Source of the DNA: Amoebophrya sp. A120
Lineage: Eukaryota; Protista; Dinoflagellata
Assembly: GCA_905178155.1 (NCBI GenBank)
Contig: CAJINV010000027.1
Span: 123,697-187,696, forward strand
DNA: 64,000 nt
Direction of reading: 5' to 3'
Shown here piece after piece: positions 1-12,991 of the stretch (positions within the stretch are counted from its first letter, which is position 1; every line of letters starts with the position of its first letter). The notes under the pieces are model-generated. The model ran no database searches, was not told the origin of the DNA, and worked only from the letters and a program-made list of their open reading frames with translations. The position numbers were made by a program, and so were the translations under genes.

Positions 1-117
1 AACCCAGTCGTAGGATTATATTGATGCAGGTTTAGTATCGTCAATCTAATGGCCGCGGCTTGAGGTAGTAGTTCTACGTCCCGCCCCAGTAGAGGACCTC
101 CTCGTCCCAGCACCAGT

Positions 118-265
118 TATCCTGTGCAAAAGTATCGTCTTCGTATTGCAGTCATGCATTGCAAGTCTTGTTCTTAAGCTAAATGCGCATTACAAATTTT
201 ATTTCTCATGCAGAGGAAATTGTTTGTGATGCATTTATACGAGTACGATACTTTTGCAGTGCATA
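118..265. mobile_element. Introner family B (TIR TATCCTGTGCAAAAGTATCGT), probably in 5' UTR
   Basis: TIR; DR ccagt/ccagt. Confidence 0.9.
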
Positions 266-297
266 CCAGTAGGTTCATCTTGATCAGTCTGCGAAAA

Positions 298-3200
298 ATG
301 ATCCGGTCCTCGTCGGGCAACAGATGGCTGCCGAAAGGCACGTCGGGGTTGTACTGGTGGCACCTGCACTGTATCCTGTTTCCCATCCTGTTCGACCTAG
401 AAGCTGGTGCTGGTTGGTGCACAGCTAGTAAAAAATCGGTGAGCGTCGTTGAGGCCGCAGCTTCTATGGAGCAGGACAGACACTTCTCGAGCGAAGAGAA
501 AGTATCGAGCTTGGCGCCCGCAATTGAACGTTCCTCGGAGCAGGGAAACGTCGCGTCGTCAATGGGATACGATCCTACGGACATTTGGGATCATCATCCT
601 GTGAAGACGTCGAGCACGAGAGATACATGCGAAATTCGGTTTGAGCTGAAGGACTGGAAGGTGAAGCAGCAACTTCAATGGACTGCGGAGAGAGCGAACA
701 CATCACGAGGACGAGCCTCACTCGTCGACCCGGGACCACAAGCCACCGCCGAAGCCGAAGCCCGGTCCGCGACGTGGCCAGGACCACAGATGGAGACGAG
801 CACCCAACACTGGCTCTTGTCTGCGCTCGAAAAGAGGCGCGAGCGGTTTCACTTCTTGTCAGGGCGGCACTGGCTCCATGTTAACCCTGGAGTGTGGATA
901 GAGAACAGCCGACATCTTTCACGGGAAACCAGTGTCTTCGACGGTCCCCCGAGACAGAGCGTTGTAATAAAAGTGGAGGATGATGAAGATGCCACTACAG
1001 TGTCAGTGAAATTCCAAAACCCAGCACTCATACGAGCAAGTGCAGCTGCCGCTTCTTTTTTAAACTCAACGCTGGCAGATTGGCGTTCCCTTCTTTTCCA
1101 GGATTTCGACGCAGGCCAGGCAGGATACATCTTTCTGGACAGAAGAAGAGCCGGGCTGGCATCGCCGACGATCACCTCACTGAAATCTTTGTGTCTTGTT
1201 TCTTCCAGAACCGCGCCTCGGTTCCTTCTGGGACGTACTGAAGCCGTTGTTCACCTTTTGGTTCAAAGAATCATCTCACCACTCTGGGAACTTGCCGATC
1301 TCCTGCTCCCGACAAGCTCAATACATGAGCTAATTTCGCAGCGCGGATGGGCAAACACGCAGCTCCGCCTGACCACACTGCTCGAAGGAAAACAAATCGA
1401 CCCTACGCAAGAAAAGGAAACAAATAGTCGGAAAGTAGAAGTCCAGGCTTCGCAGCTAATCGAAAGTGGCCGGGGGCGTCGGGGGGTGATCGATGCAGGC
1501 GGGCATGCGCATGGCGCGACGTTCCCTCGAAGCCTCGGCACTATCATCGCAAGGCTTCTCGAAATAGACTGGAACCAGGGAGATGAGTCGAACACGTCCG
1601 GAGCCGCGATTGGTGGTGCACGAGTCCGCCCCTTTGGGGACCCGGCATTTCTCCCGCTGGGAAAGCAGTTGTCGGCCTTGGATTTTGTTCGGCTGCACTT
1701 TTCTACAACAGAAGGGCGCTTTCTGAAATCGGCACTACCGTTTGGCACTTCTCTCGTCGATGGGTTCTCTTTCAGCGGGGCGGACTGCGATTTGAAAACT
1801 ACCGGTTTTCTGGAGGATAAAATTCCAATAAGATTTGGGCGAAGTAAACAGCAATACGTATTTGCAGTAACCTGCGATAAGATCCTCCGCGCAAAAGAAG
1901 TAGAGCACGACGGCGAGGAAAGCGGCTTGCGGACTCTCGGTGGTACTGCGCCAAGCGATATCCTGTGCAAAAGTATCGTACTCGTAGTAATTGCATTTGC
2001 GCATTACAAATCTCTTTCTCAAGGTAAATCAGCATTACAAATTCAATTTGTAATGCTGGGGGAATTTGTAATGCAATTTATACTAGTACGATACTTTTGC
2101 AATGCATAAGCGAGGATAGTTCTGCTGGAGTATTGTGAGGAAAAATCCCCCCTCCCCACATCGAGACGAAGTTTCTGATGCTGGATTTCCGTACACAAAT
2201 GCGCACTGTCTTGCGGTAAGGCATCTTCGCAGCCAGGTCCTCAGTCTAGGTAGGGGCGTTTATTGGGTCTAGTTGTTTAGCATTACGAACGGCTGTCCCC
2301 GAGGCCCAACAGCATGCGAAACCGCTTCCATAATGGCGCGGAAGCCTCTGCACTTGTGTTCTTGCAAGACAGACGTGATTTGTAGTCTCAAATCAGCAAC
2401 ACAAATTTCCGGTAAAGTACCGCTTCGATATTATGCATGGGGAGGGGGGATTTTTCCTCTTAATATGGAGTGAGCCGCGTTGTGTTTTTGTTTGACGCGT
2501 GGGTCTATCAACTGCAAATATGTCTGGGTCTTGAAACTTGTAATGCTGCGTTGGGAATACTAGTGAGTGCTCTGTTAGGCACAGCCAAGCAGGAGAAATA
2601 TCTGCGCTTCTTTGTGTTGCGTTTTTCGCATGACAAACTGCGTCTTACATGACAGGCAAAAGGGTCTCTTCTTGGACACGCGTCACAAACTTTTTGGTCA
2701 TGCCGGACAAGCATGACAAATCTCGCAATCTTCCAGACCCAGACACTTTTGCATTTGATAATAGCCCCCTGCTCAGAAAGGGCAGGCTGCAGCTCGTCGG
2801 CCTTGACATTTACAATCACAAGGACGCGGCTGCGGCACGGTTGCTGGCCGCGGCAAGTGATCAGCCATGCATCCATCCGACCAACAAAGGAAAGGTCGGT
2901 GCCGGCAGCCCCACGGAGTATCCTGTGCAAAAGTATCGTACTCGTATAAATGCAAGTCTTGCATTACAAATCTTGTTCCCAAGGCAAATCTGCATTACAA
3001 ATTTTATTTCTCATGCTGAGGAAATTTGTATATGCATTTATACGAGTACGATACTTTTGCAGTTCATACGGAGAGGATTCGGTTGAAGTCTTTCGTGTGG
3101 GACGCGGCGTGGCCTAGTACAACTTCCAACTTGATAACAGCATATCAAAAGGAAAAATCCCTCCTCCCCAACATATCGAAAACAGAATTTGTGATGCTGT

Positions 3201-6200
3201 ATTTTTTTGAGTACACAAATCGACTTGTATCGCTGGAAGGCCAAGAGCCGCAGTTGTGGCCACCTCGTTTGCAGATGACAATTTGTCATGCTGTTTTTCC
3301 CACTTCCAGCTGCCTCCTGTCATGCTGAAGTAGGTGCAAGGCCTTCCCACGCCACCCAGATGAACTACAGTCCCCCGCATCTTTTCCCTCCTAGCATGAC
3401 AAAGCTGATTTGTGACCACCAACCTGCATCACAGACTTCCGTTTTGATAAGGGGAGGTTTTTCGTCTTGATACAGCAGAAGAGCAAGCTAGCAGTCCGGC
3501 TCTTCCACCACGACCCCTACTAGCGAGCCCGCCAGCTGCCCCGGCCTCCTGTCTGGAAAATAAAGCGTCGACAGTGGCAGCTTTTGGTGCACCTCCTCCA
3601 CACGGACCACCATGTGGTCTAACTGCGGTGGGACAACAAGCCGCGGAGAGGGACATCAAGACGGGCATGACCACGCGCTCCAGTGACATTTTTACCGGCA
3701 ATATGGAGAGAAAAAAGTTTGTCACAGTCACTAAGTTGCAGGGTTGGCATTACAAATTTTTTTTGCATCACAACTTCTCCTTGCATTGCACAAACACTAG
3801 AAAAATCCCTTATGAAGTGTGGCTGTGATGCATTTTTACGCATGACGGACAATTTTGTCTTGCAAAAGTGCCCATGAGTGATCGTGACGAACTTTTTTCT
3901 TTTGATAGGCAATGAGGCTGCTTCATCGGCCGTGGGAGGTTGTCCACGCAGTCGTCGGGGAGAAGAAGCGCAGGGCGCCGCCCACCACAGCAAGGAAATA
4001 AATAGCCGGGCGGACCAAGAAGCAGCTGCTGCAGCCACGACTAGTACCGCAGCCGCCTGCCCCCGTCCTGTCAACCTCCCTGCTTCTTCCCCTGCTGTTG
4101 CCGCCGGTGACTCGGCTGCGACGCCAGCTCGCAGATCCGGTAGTACAGCTAGCAGCGCCGCCTACAACGGGGGGGGTTCTGGTTCTCAGGTTGCATGTGC
4201 TGGCCTGCGGCCCCCAGTTCCCGGTGGCGAAAATGGAGGAGGTGGCTTTGTCCCGCCCTGCGTCCCCCACGTTTTGTCCGTGCAGCAGCGGCGGTGGCTG
4301 ACTGGGCACTTGAATGTCGCAGCAGCAGGGGGGCTCCAATATGGCCTGGAACCTGATGGCCCAGTGCAGCAGCAGCAACAGCCCCCACGCGAACCACATG
4401 GCCCGGGACCTGATGGCCCAGTGCAGCAGCAGCATATGACAGTGCACAACTCCCCCTCCCCCTCATTTGTATAGCATGAATGGCTATACAAGCATCAGCA
4501 AGAATGCCGGTTTTGCATGACAGTTTTGCACTGGAGTGTAATGCTATTTGGGCTACCGGAACTTGTCATGCAAAAAGTGCCAAGAGGCAACGGGTGGACT
4601 AGGTATTTTGCATGACAAATGAGGGGGAGGGGGGGTTGTGCACTGTCATACAGCAGCCGCAGCCCCCACAAGGTGGGCAAATGGATGAGATTGCTCAGCG
4701 CCCAAATGGAGTTGGCCATGGACCCCCTCGTCTTCTACCAAATGTAAAAATGTCTGGGTCTGAAAACTTGTGATGCTGGGTGGCGTCTCATGATGAGGCT
4801 ACAGATGCTGGCTCAGCATGACAAGTTTCTGAGCTCCTAGCTGTTGCCTATTCTGCATGACAAACTGCGAATCTGCATCACAGAAAAACGGGGGTCTTGG
4901 GTAACGTGCATGACAGATTTAAGAGTCATGCCAGGCAAGCATGACAAACATGAATTCTTCCAGACCCAGACATTTTTATCTTCTACCTGCAAACAAAACC
5001 CTTCCAGGGCCAGGGGCTCTCGCGTCTGTCGGCCGGCCCGCCAACGGGACGCCCATCACGACCCACGGGACGCCCATTTCTGGAGTGGTTCTTCGCGACC
5101 CTCCGGGAGCGGGCGGCCCTGCTTCTGTTGCAACGGTTTCGGCTCCACCTAGCAGACCCGCCCGGCCGCAGGTTTGTGAAGAATTTGACACCGTCTGGGA
5201 CCTCATCCGGAGAAGTCCCGCGGCCCTGGAACACGCCAGCGAGGCTTGTATGGCTTGCTCAGATGTTACAGTCTCAAACGTTCTTCCATACAATAGAGTC
5301 GGTATTTTGTATTGCATGATGAGCATGACAGACTCGCAGAGCGTTTCATTTTCTGCAATACAATTTTTCCTGTGCGGTTTGGGGTTCGAAAACTTGTCAT
5401 GCGCATCAATGCTGGGGGACTAGTTGTAGGTTAAATCATCTGCGCTTGGTGCATCACAGATTTTCAGATTCTATCGTGGCGCTTGAGATTTTTGCAACAC
5501 CTGAGCAGGTTATAGCTTGTCGCGACAGCTTCTACCTGGTGCTGGAAGCCGTGCGGTTTGAGGAAGTTCCGATGTTGTCTGGAGGCACGGAGCAACATGA
5601 TGATCCCAGCGACCAGAAACCTCCCCTCGTTTTCGGGCTTCTTCGGTTTGCTTCAACCCGGTTGCAGGACCACGGAGAGATCGTGTTTCCCGCGGTAAAG
5701 CGCGTGGCGCACAATCTCAAGTTCGCCTCGGCGCGGCTGCGGGACGACAAAAATCTGGTCGTGATCGCCGTCACAGGAGGTGTTGGCGCAATGCTGGAGT
5801 TCGCCTCTGCCCGCCTACGGGGTATCCTGAGTAAAAACGTACCCACACCAGAGTCAGGATGAGGATTTTGCAACACAAACCTAGGAGTTTTGTGAGTCAC
5901 GCATGACAAGCTGCACTTTGCAGTGTAGTGCAGGTTAGCAAGTGCAGCCGCATCACAGATTCATCTGCTCATCCTGTTCACAGCATCACAAATTCCAAAA
6001 CACGATTGGAAATGGCTCTCATGGGGATGCGCATTACAAGTCTTCCTGTCTTTGCAAATCTGCATTACAACTCTGGTGTGGGTACGTTTTTACTCAGGAT
6101 ACGGGGAGATCGCGACGTAGTTCGCTTGGCGATCGACAACGAAGTAGATACAACAAACACCGCTCCTCCCCTATCAAATGCAAGAGTGTCTGGGTCTGGA

Positions 6201-8037
6201 AGAATGCAACTTGTGATGCCGCGTTTGGATGTCTAAAAAATTTGTGTTGCATGAGCGGGAAAAGGATTGCAATTTTTGCTACGCGGAGAGGGCATTTGTC
6301 ATGCGGAATAGGCATCGAGAATCCCTCAAAAAACCTGTGATGCTAGGGCATGCATGACAGACATCATGGGTCATGCAAACCGTGCATGACAAGTCTCAGA
6401 ATTTTCCAGACCCAGACACTTTTACACTTGATATCCCCAAGAGGGAGGGATAGCAGACACAAGTAGCGACTGCGTCGCGCTGAAGTTTGCTTCGTCAGAT
6501 TATGCAAGAAAAAAGCTGTGTAAGTGTAAATCTGTGATGCAGAAAATGCAAAACAGTTTACACTTGTCATGCTCAACATGCGTGATCGGCTTGCTTCCTA
6601 TGTGTTTTCCCTTCCTATCTGCGCATAACAAGTTTTTCCTCTCATGGCAGACAAACTTGTAATGCTGTTTTCCCAAAAGACCATACACTAACACAGTTTT
6701 TTTCTTGGATACAGATTTGCAGGCGGACCGGGAGCTGGGCCTGGTTGCGGTGAAGCGGTGCGGCCGGGCGCTACGGTTTCTGGATTTCGTATCCTGTGCA
6801 AAAGTATCGTACTCGTATAAATGCATTACTAATTTCCTCAGCATGAGAAAGAAAATTTGTAATGCGGATTTGCCTCAAGAAAAATATTTGCAATGCAAGA
6901 CTTGCATTTATACGAACACGATACTTTTGCACAGGATATTTCGCGTTGCGTGACGACGACGAGGTGTGCCGAGAGGCGATTGCACAAGACCGCACTGTAT
7001 CAAATGCAAAAGTGTAGTCTGGGTCTGGAAAAGTGTAGACTTGTCTTGCAGATTTTCCATGACCCATAAGGTCTGGAATGCGGGACTTAGCATGACAGAC
7101 TCTGCGAGGTCTTTTCCATGCCTATCCTGCATGAGAAACTCCTTTCCAACTTGGTCAAAAGTGTACCGCTTTTGGCACTCATGCAAAGCAGACTTTTGCA
7201 TACTTCAGATTTACCATGACAAGTTGCAATCTTCCAGACCCAGACATTTTTGCAGTGCATACACTGCCCTTGATTTCACGTCCGAGCGTTTTCGCGACAG
7301 CCATAACCAGGCAGAGCAGAGGGCCACGACCCTTGCCTGGGTGGTTACCGGGGTCGCGATAGGTCTCGCTACTCTGGCGCTCCTGGTCGCTGTGTTTATT
7401 CTGGTGCGGTGGTGCGCGACCAGAAGCGCTGCTGCTGAGCGCTCGCAGGAGAAAGGAGTCGTGGCTGCTGGCCCAGGAAAGGTAAGATTCGATATGCGGC
7501 AGCGTCGGTTTGTCCGGACAAAAGTACTAAAACCTAATGAAGTTTGTAGCCCCGCCGCGGCGCCTCCGTCGGAGCCGGTGGTAGCGCGCAAAGGCCGCAG
7601 AGACCACAGGAATCCCGACCAAGCTGTAGTACTTCTACCGAGCAAGGACAACGACCAAGCTGGAGGAGAACAACGACAAAGGCAGCCAAGTAGCGCACCA
7701 ACAACATCGCAGCAGCCCCCGGCGGCCAATGACAAAGGAGGAGGACGCGCGGGAGGTAATGCGAGCTCCGCTGCAGTTATGCAATGTAAATTAAAATTTC
7801 CCGTACATGTACAAAATGCATGACAAATTTTCGCTAACTTGCAGTGGTCAACTTGTCATGCTAGACTAGGATTGAAGGCAAGTTTTGTCATGCAGAGACT
7901 GCATTTGTACTTGTGCGGGAAATTTCCTGTGGATAGCAGTAGATGCAGAAGATGAAGAAGCACCTGCGGGAAAAATCAAAGAGCCTTTCGTGTTCGATCA
8001 TGCGCCGCAGGTACAACGAACACTACCTAATATTTGA
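298..8037 (+). CDS. Multi-exon gene (~1396 aa after removing 15 introners): DUF4116-like repeats, C-terminal TM helix, possible N-terminal signal
   Basis: Removing each element + 5 nt keeps one open frame (7740-3549=4191 nt, divisible by 3). Repeats such as LKFASARLRDDKNLVVIAV, LEFASARLR|GDRDVVRLAI, LKFASSD|LQADRELGLVAV span the junctions; TM LAWVVTGVAIGLATLALLVAVFILV. Start and last exon uncertain. Confidence 0.75.
1959..2108. mobile_element. Introner family B
   Basis: TIR; DR agcga/agcga. Confidence 0.9.
2131..2465. mobile_element. Introner family C (TIR TAT..AGGAAAAATCCCCCCTCCCC)
   Basis: TIR; DR tggag/tggag. Confidence 0.9.
2506..2760. mobile_element. Introner family A (TIR TATCAAATGYAAAAATGTCTGGGTCTGGAA)
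   Basis: TIR; DR decayed (gggtc/atagc). Confidence 0.85.
2919..3068. mobile_element. Introner family B
   Basis: TIR; DR cggag/cggag. Confidence 0.9.
3143..3472. mobile_element. Introner family C
   Basis: TIR; DR cagca/cagca. Confidence 0.9.
3702..3907. mobile_element. Introner family F (TIR TATGGAGAGAAAAAAGTTTGTCAC)
   Basis: TIR; DR ggcaa/ggcaa; sibling at 20496. Confidence 0.9.
4435..4650. mobile_element. Introner family G (TIR TATGACAGTGCACAACTCCCCCTCCCCCTCATTTG)
   Basis: TIR; DR cagca/cagca; sibling at 17006. Confidence 0.9.
4736..4978. mobile_element. Introner family A, right TIR missing ~9 terminal nt
   Basis: DR tcttc/tcttc. Confidence 0.85.
5249..5514. mobile_element. Introner, singleton (TIR TATGGCTTGCTCAGATGTT)
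   Basis: Imperfect TIR; DR gcttg/gcttg. Confidence 0.85.
5823..6101. mobile_element. Introner family E (TIR TATCCTGAGTAAAAACGTACCCACACCAGAGT)
   Basis: Perfect 32-bp TIR; DR cgggg/cgggg. Confidence 0.92.
6172..6433. mobile_element. Introner family A
   Basis: TIR; DR tcccc/tcccc. Confidence 0.9.
6501..6711. mobile_element. Introner family I (TIR TATGCAAGAAAAAAGCTGTG)
   Basis: TIR; DR cagat/cagat. Confidence 0.88.
6790..6938. mobile_element. Introner family B
   Basis: TIR; DR tttcg/tttcg. Confidence 0.9.
6998..7261. mobile_element. Introner family A
   Basis: TIR; DR cactg/cactg. Confidence 0.9.
7778..7935. mobile_element. Introner, singleton
   Basis: Imperfect TIR (aaatttcccgtacatgtaca / tgtacttgtgcgggaaattt); DR gcagt/gcagt. 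Confidence 0.85.
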
Positions 8038-8228
8038 AGATCATAGAACATTTTTTGCTTCAATACTACTTCCAAACAAGACTTCTATTGCCGCGACGGT
8101 GGCCTTGGAAGATGCCGAAAAGGTGAGAACTACCTCAACGAGCTGAAGAACGAGTTGGCCTATGGTTTTCATCTCCCAGATTCTTGTTGCTCGATCTTAT
8201 GAGGGGCCAACAGTTCTACTTTTGATCC

Positions 8229-11200
8229 ATGTGTGCTGTTGTTCACCGTGGAAAGGCGTCAGGATGCAGGAGCCACAATAAAATTTATTTGAAACAAGTA
8301 AAACTCCACTCGTCCTCCCAACATTCCCAATATACAACAAAACAGACCTCCGCGGGGAGAACAAATAACTCGGATGTAGTTGAAAGCAGCCCGGATGATG
8401 TTGTAGTCCTTGAAGGTGGCAAGAATGCAAGCATTATGCCTTGGACGGTCGTTAGCGTACAGAAGGGTGAATTTGTATTGCATGACTTGCATTTAAGTAC
8501 TTAAAAGAGAAGTGCGCTAGGTATTAGACACACGAGCCCAAGCATCCCGCATAGCGTGAAGGGCTGCTCGTCGCGTGGTGGCGCTTGCAGGACCGAAAGA
8601 AGTGGTCTTGCGGGGGCTCGCTCGCCGGGCTGTGTAGTGCGTATGTACCCAAAGAAGGTGGGTCGGGTGGCTCTTACTCTTCTGCGCGTCTGCCTGAGAA
8701 GTTCCTCTCCGGAATTGTCGAAAGGGAGGGCGACGCCTGAACACACGGGCACTAGTTCAACATGTATGCCCTCGCGAGTTGTGGTTGGCTCGGCTTCGAC
8801 TTGGATATCTGGGAGCAGCCTCAAGTGGAAGGGGAGGCACGATTCGGCCGCGGACGGTAGCTTGCTTCGCCTGCTGTGCTCTGCTCCCAACTCCCCAGGC
8901 GTGTTTTTGCCTCCGGAGCGAGGCCTTTTCGACGTGACCCCAAGGTCAGGATTTCTCTTGGTGAATTTTGGGGCTTTTTGTTTTGGCGACACTTTTTTGA
9001 AGCCCCAAAACCCGAAGTTTCTCGTGCGTTAGCGAATTTTGAATAGGCACCTCGGGCCAAAATTCACCCACGGTTTTTTCAAAATTCACCCCAAAATTCA
9101 CCAGGCCCCCCTTTTCGACCGTGATAAGCAAACTTTAGCGCAGAAAAGTGCGCAAAGAAGTGCACAGGTAGGCTCTGGGAAGTGGGGCCGAGGAGAAAAG
9201 ACAGGCGCCCGCTGTTGCCCTCAGCGCCTCTATATTCTGCCGAAAAGGCCTGGAGAGTTCACGCGCCTGCCGGATAGACGCATCAAAGCTCTCGGCCGGG
9301 TCCTTTCACCTTTGCTTCCGCGCCTTCCTCTTGCCTAAACTGTACTTATGTGCTTCGCGGCTCTTGTTTTTGGCGTCTTTGCCGCGGCTGCTGCAGTGCT
9401 TGCTCTTTTGCAAGCACAGGAAGACGAAAAGATATGGCCAAAGAACGACGCCCAGGCCATGTCCAGCTGCCCGCCGCATAAGCCTGGACAACTTCTACAG
9501 TGTGCAGAACCGACTTCCCAGAAGGGCAAAAGGGACAATGTCCCGGCAGTCTCCTCTGCTATTTGTCATGCAAAATTCACTACAAACTCACCACTTCTCA
9601 TGCTGACGGGTGTTAAAGCTCTAGTGAAAGCAGCCCGGATGATGTTGTAGTCCTTGAAGGTGGCAAGAATGCAAGCGTCGCGCCCGGCGTAATTGTTGAA
9701 AATGCCCAGGAGGTCGTGGGCGACCGCCTACTGGATGAAACGGACGTGGTCGGCTGCGTGGACGAGCGGCCAGGAGAGCAGCAAGAAGTGGCGCAGAAGG
9801 TGAAACTCAGGCCGGCGCCCGACACTTTCCCTCCAACGTCCGCGGCCAGACTCTTTCCAGCAACGGGCGCTAGAAAACAGCACTACAAGCCTCCTTGCAG
9901 CAAGGCCGGACCCCCTCCGCCCGTGCAAAACTTCCGCACGGTGAAGGGCCGGCCCGCCCGGGTTCGCGTGTACGAAGCGCGTGACGAGGACGAGTCGGAC
10001 GACGACGACGGGGAGGGAAATAACAAGAAAACACGACGTATCCGGTGTAAAAACGTCCCCATAGTCAAGATGGGAAATCTGCTAGACAAATCAAAGAGCT
10101 TTCGCTGTTTCGCATGACAAGTTTCTTGCCCTCATACTAGTGTGATCCTGTTTAGATTAGTTTATCAGCATCACAGATCCAGCGCATAGCGTGCTGATTG
10201 CAGCATCACAAACTCCAAAACACGACTAGAAAATTATGCTTCTCATGGGGCTCCGCTCGAGAAACTTTTTTGGCATGCAGATGTGCATGACAACTCTGGA
10301 GCGGGGGCGTTTTTACTCAGCATACGACGACCAGCGCAGGGCCGTTGCTTCGTTATCAAAATGGAGCAAAGGGACCACCCCGTGGTGCGGAAGAAGGTGA
10401 AACGGAAAGAGCAGAAGGCAAAACATGCTGCCGGAGGTACCCCAGATCTTCAAGGACGAGTGCAGCAGCTGCACCTCCAAAGGCAACACGAAATCGTTGG
10501 CACGGCTGCCCCCATAATATCCACCGTGAAATATTAAATTACGTCCCCACGATCCCAGAGTGAAGATGGGCATTCTGCTGCCGGGCATGACAATTTTGGG
10601 TCTTATTAAGTCGTGAAGTAGATGCTGGACTACGAGTTCTACCGAAGTCACATCACAAATCTAAATGACACGTTTCATCCTGATTAGAGCATGACAAAGT
10701 TGTTCTCCCAGATAGCATTTTAAAACTCCCGTGGTCATGGGGCTCCTGCTGCGCATGACATGAAACTGCGTCTGAAGTTTTTTGCAGATTTGCGTTTTTG
10801 ACAAACCTGGGGTTCTTGGGACGTATTTGCATAGGATAGCACCACGCCGAGCCACTTCAAGGACACGCAGCGCAAAACTGCCAGTACTACCAGCAGAAAA
10901 ACAACGCCGGTGGACAAGCCCTGATATCATCGCAGCAGCATCCGCTACATTCCCTCCAGGAGCCGGTTTTCGCTAGCGGCGGCTCCCGAGGTGGAACAGC
11001 AGCTGTGCCCACGACGCGGCTTGGGAAACAGAACGGCTATGAAGCAGCTGCGCTGGGGCTGCACCGATACGACATAAGGTACGAGCAGGGGCAACTTCGC
11101 TGTGTGCAAGGACGAGGTGCCCCGCGGCCCACGGTATGGATTGCAAAGATGTCTGGGTCTGGAATGAAGCTGGAACTTGTACCATGTGCGTGTCTTGCAT

Positions 11201-12991
11201 AATTCCTGTGTAAAATCTGTGTTATTTCCTGAGCAGCATATGAGCAGCTTCCTTTGTCATGCAAGAACGCAATTAAACGCAATTTGTAATGCGTGCTAGG
11301 CACGACCATCAGAAGGCGTCTCAAAAACTTGTCATGCTTGGCTGCCTCCAATGCTGCAAGCGCTTCAAAAATCATCCGCAATTCAGCACCACAGGTTCTT
11401 TCCAGACGACCCACACATATAATTTGCAATGGCATATTACACAGGGCAGCAGGCATTGTATGGATGTGTCAGGATTGAAATCGACAAAGTTGAAATAACT
11501 TGTAATGCATAAAATGCATGAAAGTTGTGACCCAGTTTCTAAGTGGCGCATGACAAATTTAGGCAGAGCCGGAATCCAGTTTGTCATGCTGTTTGGGTAA
11601 GAAAGACGCCTTTTGTCATGCTACTTTAGCAGCTCAGTTTCTATCCGTCAACAGGCTTGCAATCTGCCTCACTTGCCTACTCTGCAAGACAGGCACTTTG
11701 AGGGCTGCACTTTATGCATGACAAACTATTTCAACTTTGACGATTTCAAACCTGACGCTTCCATACATTGTCTGTCGTGCTCGAGGAGGATTCAAACTCC
11801 GCCGAAAGTAAAGTATCATTTGTAAAAACGTCCCCACCCCAGAGTCAAGATGGGGACTTTGCAACACAAACCTTGAAGTTTTGGGAACCACGCATGACAA
11901 ACTGCAGGCTGTAGTGTAGTGCAGGTTAGCAAGGACAGTCGCATGACAAACCCATCTCCTAATCCTGTTTACAGTATTACAAATGCCAAAACGCGATTGG
12001 AAATGCCTCTCATGCAGATGCGCATTACAAATGTTCCTGTCATTGCAAATCTGCATGACAACTCTGGGGTGGGGACGTTTTTGCTCATGATATAAAGCTA
12101 ACGCGACCCTATGTCCCGAGCAGGTGGCGCTTGACAGGGAGTTCGAGAACTTGTGTCGGGCCCAGGCGCTGCCCTGGCAACAAGGAGGGCTGGAATTCGA
12201 ATTGGACCACAAGCAAGAAGAAGATGTGTATGCAAATGCCACGGCACCGGAACTGAGTGGCGGCTCTAGTGGAGGTGTATTGCTGTTTGGTGAAGAATAT
12301 CCTGTGCAAAAGTATCGTACTCGTAGTACTTGCAGTCATGCATTACAAATCTTTTTCTTAAGGTAAATCCGCAGTGTAAATGCGGATTTACCTTAAGCTG
12401 AGGAAATTTGTAATGCATTTATACGAGTAGGAGTACGAATACGATACTTTTGCAATTCATAAAGAATTTGAAGATGGTCTTCAAGAACGACCCCCCGAAG
12501 GTCATTCTTCTTCAGCGTTGTTTCCAGGGCCGCCGCACCCCAGTCTATGCAGCGAGTTCCAGCGAAAGAAGGATTCAGGGGACAAGAGCTGCATGGAGAA
12601 TAAAGATTGTTCCGCGCCACCGGAGCAGCATTGTATTCGCCAAGATCATCATGCTAATTTCGATGGTCTTGACGCAAAGATGAACATACAAACCGCGTCT
12701 GGAATAAATGGCCGTTCGGGGGTGACGAATTTTAAAGCCAATCCTGTCGTTCCTCAAGTTGATGTACACGATGGCATGAAGATCATCAGCCCTAGTGCGC
12801 CGCCGGAAGGGAAGATGAACAAAGACCTCCTGCTCCTCGGGAGCAGCGGGAAGATATTCACCCGCCCCCCGCCTCACTCCCCGCCGCCCCCCCTGGCAGC
12901 ACACGATTACTCCACGTCCTCTTTTGCGCCGCCGGAAACTGTTGAGGAGTGGGAAAAGTTACAGATGCTTCGCGGGTACCAAGAGTATTGA
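8229..12991 (+). CDS. Multi-exon hypothetical low-complexity protein (6 introners plus a 1.2-kb insert)
   Basis: ORF pieces 8229, 9716, 10283, 11005, 12124 and 12518 join in frame after removing the elements; stop TGA 12989-12991; no recognisable domain; start uncertain. Confidence 0.55.
8433..9624. mobile_element. 1.2-kb insert flanked by a perfect 52-bp direct repeat
   Basis: 8381-8432 = 9625-9676; starts ATTAT, ends CTAG; degenerate subterminal inverted repeat. Confidence 0.7.
10039..10324. mobile_element. Introner family E
   Basis: TIR; DR cgacg/cgacg. Confidence 0.88.
10518..10838. mobile_element. Introner family E-like, degenerate
   Basis: Degenerate TIR; DR lost, but element + 5 nt restores frame. 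Confidence 0.7.
11135..11436. mobile_element. Introner family A-like
   Basis: TIR; right end uncertain by 3 nt (DR cacgg/cacag). Confidence 0.8.
11459..11765. mobile_element. Introner family D (TIR TATGGATGTGTCAGGATTGAAATCGACAAAGTTGAAATA)
   Basis: TIR; DR cattg/cattg. Confidence 0.9.
11814..12092. mobile_element. Introner family E
   Basis: TIR; DR taaag/taaag. Confidence 0.9.
12298..12461. mobile_element. Introner family B
   Basis: TIR; DR aagaa/aagaa. Confidence 0.9.

Noticed and set aside
49-63. Stop-codon reassignment (ATG GCC GCG GCT TGA in frame with gene 1)
   Set aside because: Conserved domains in the window contain no in-frame stops, and the b5 reductase ends at TGA TAA after its terminal Phe; a uORF or chance is more likely.
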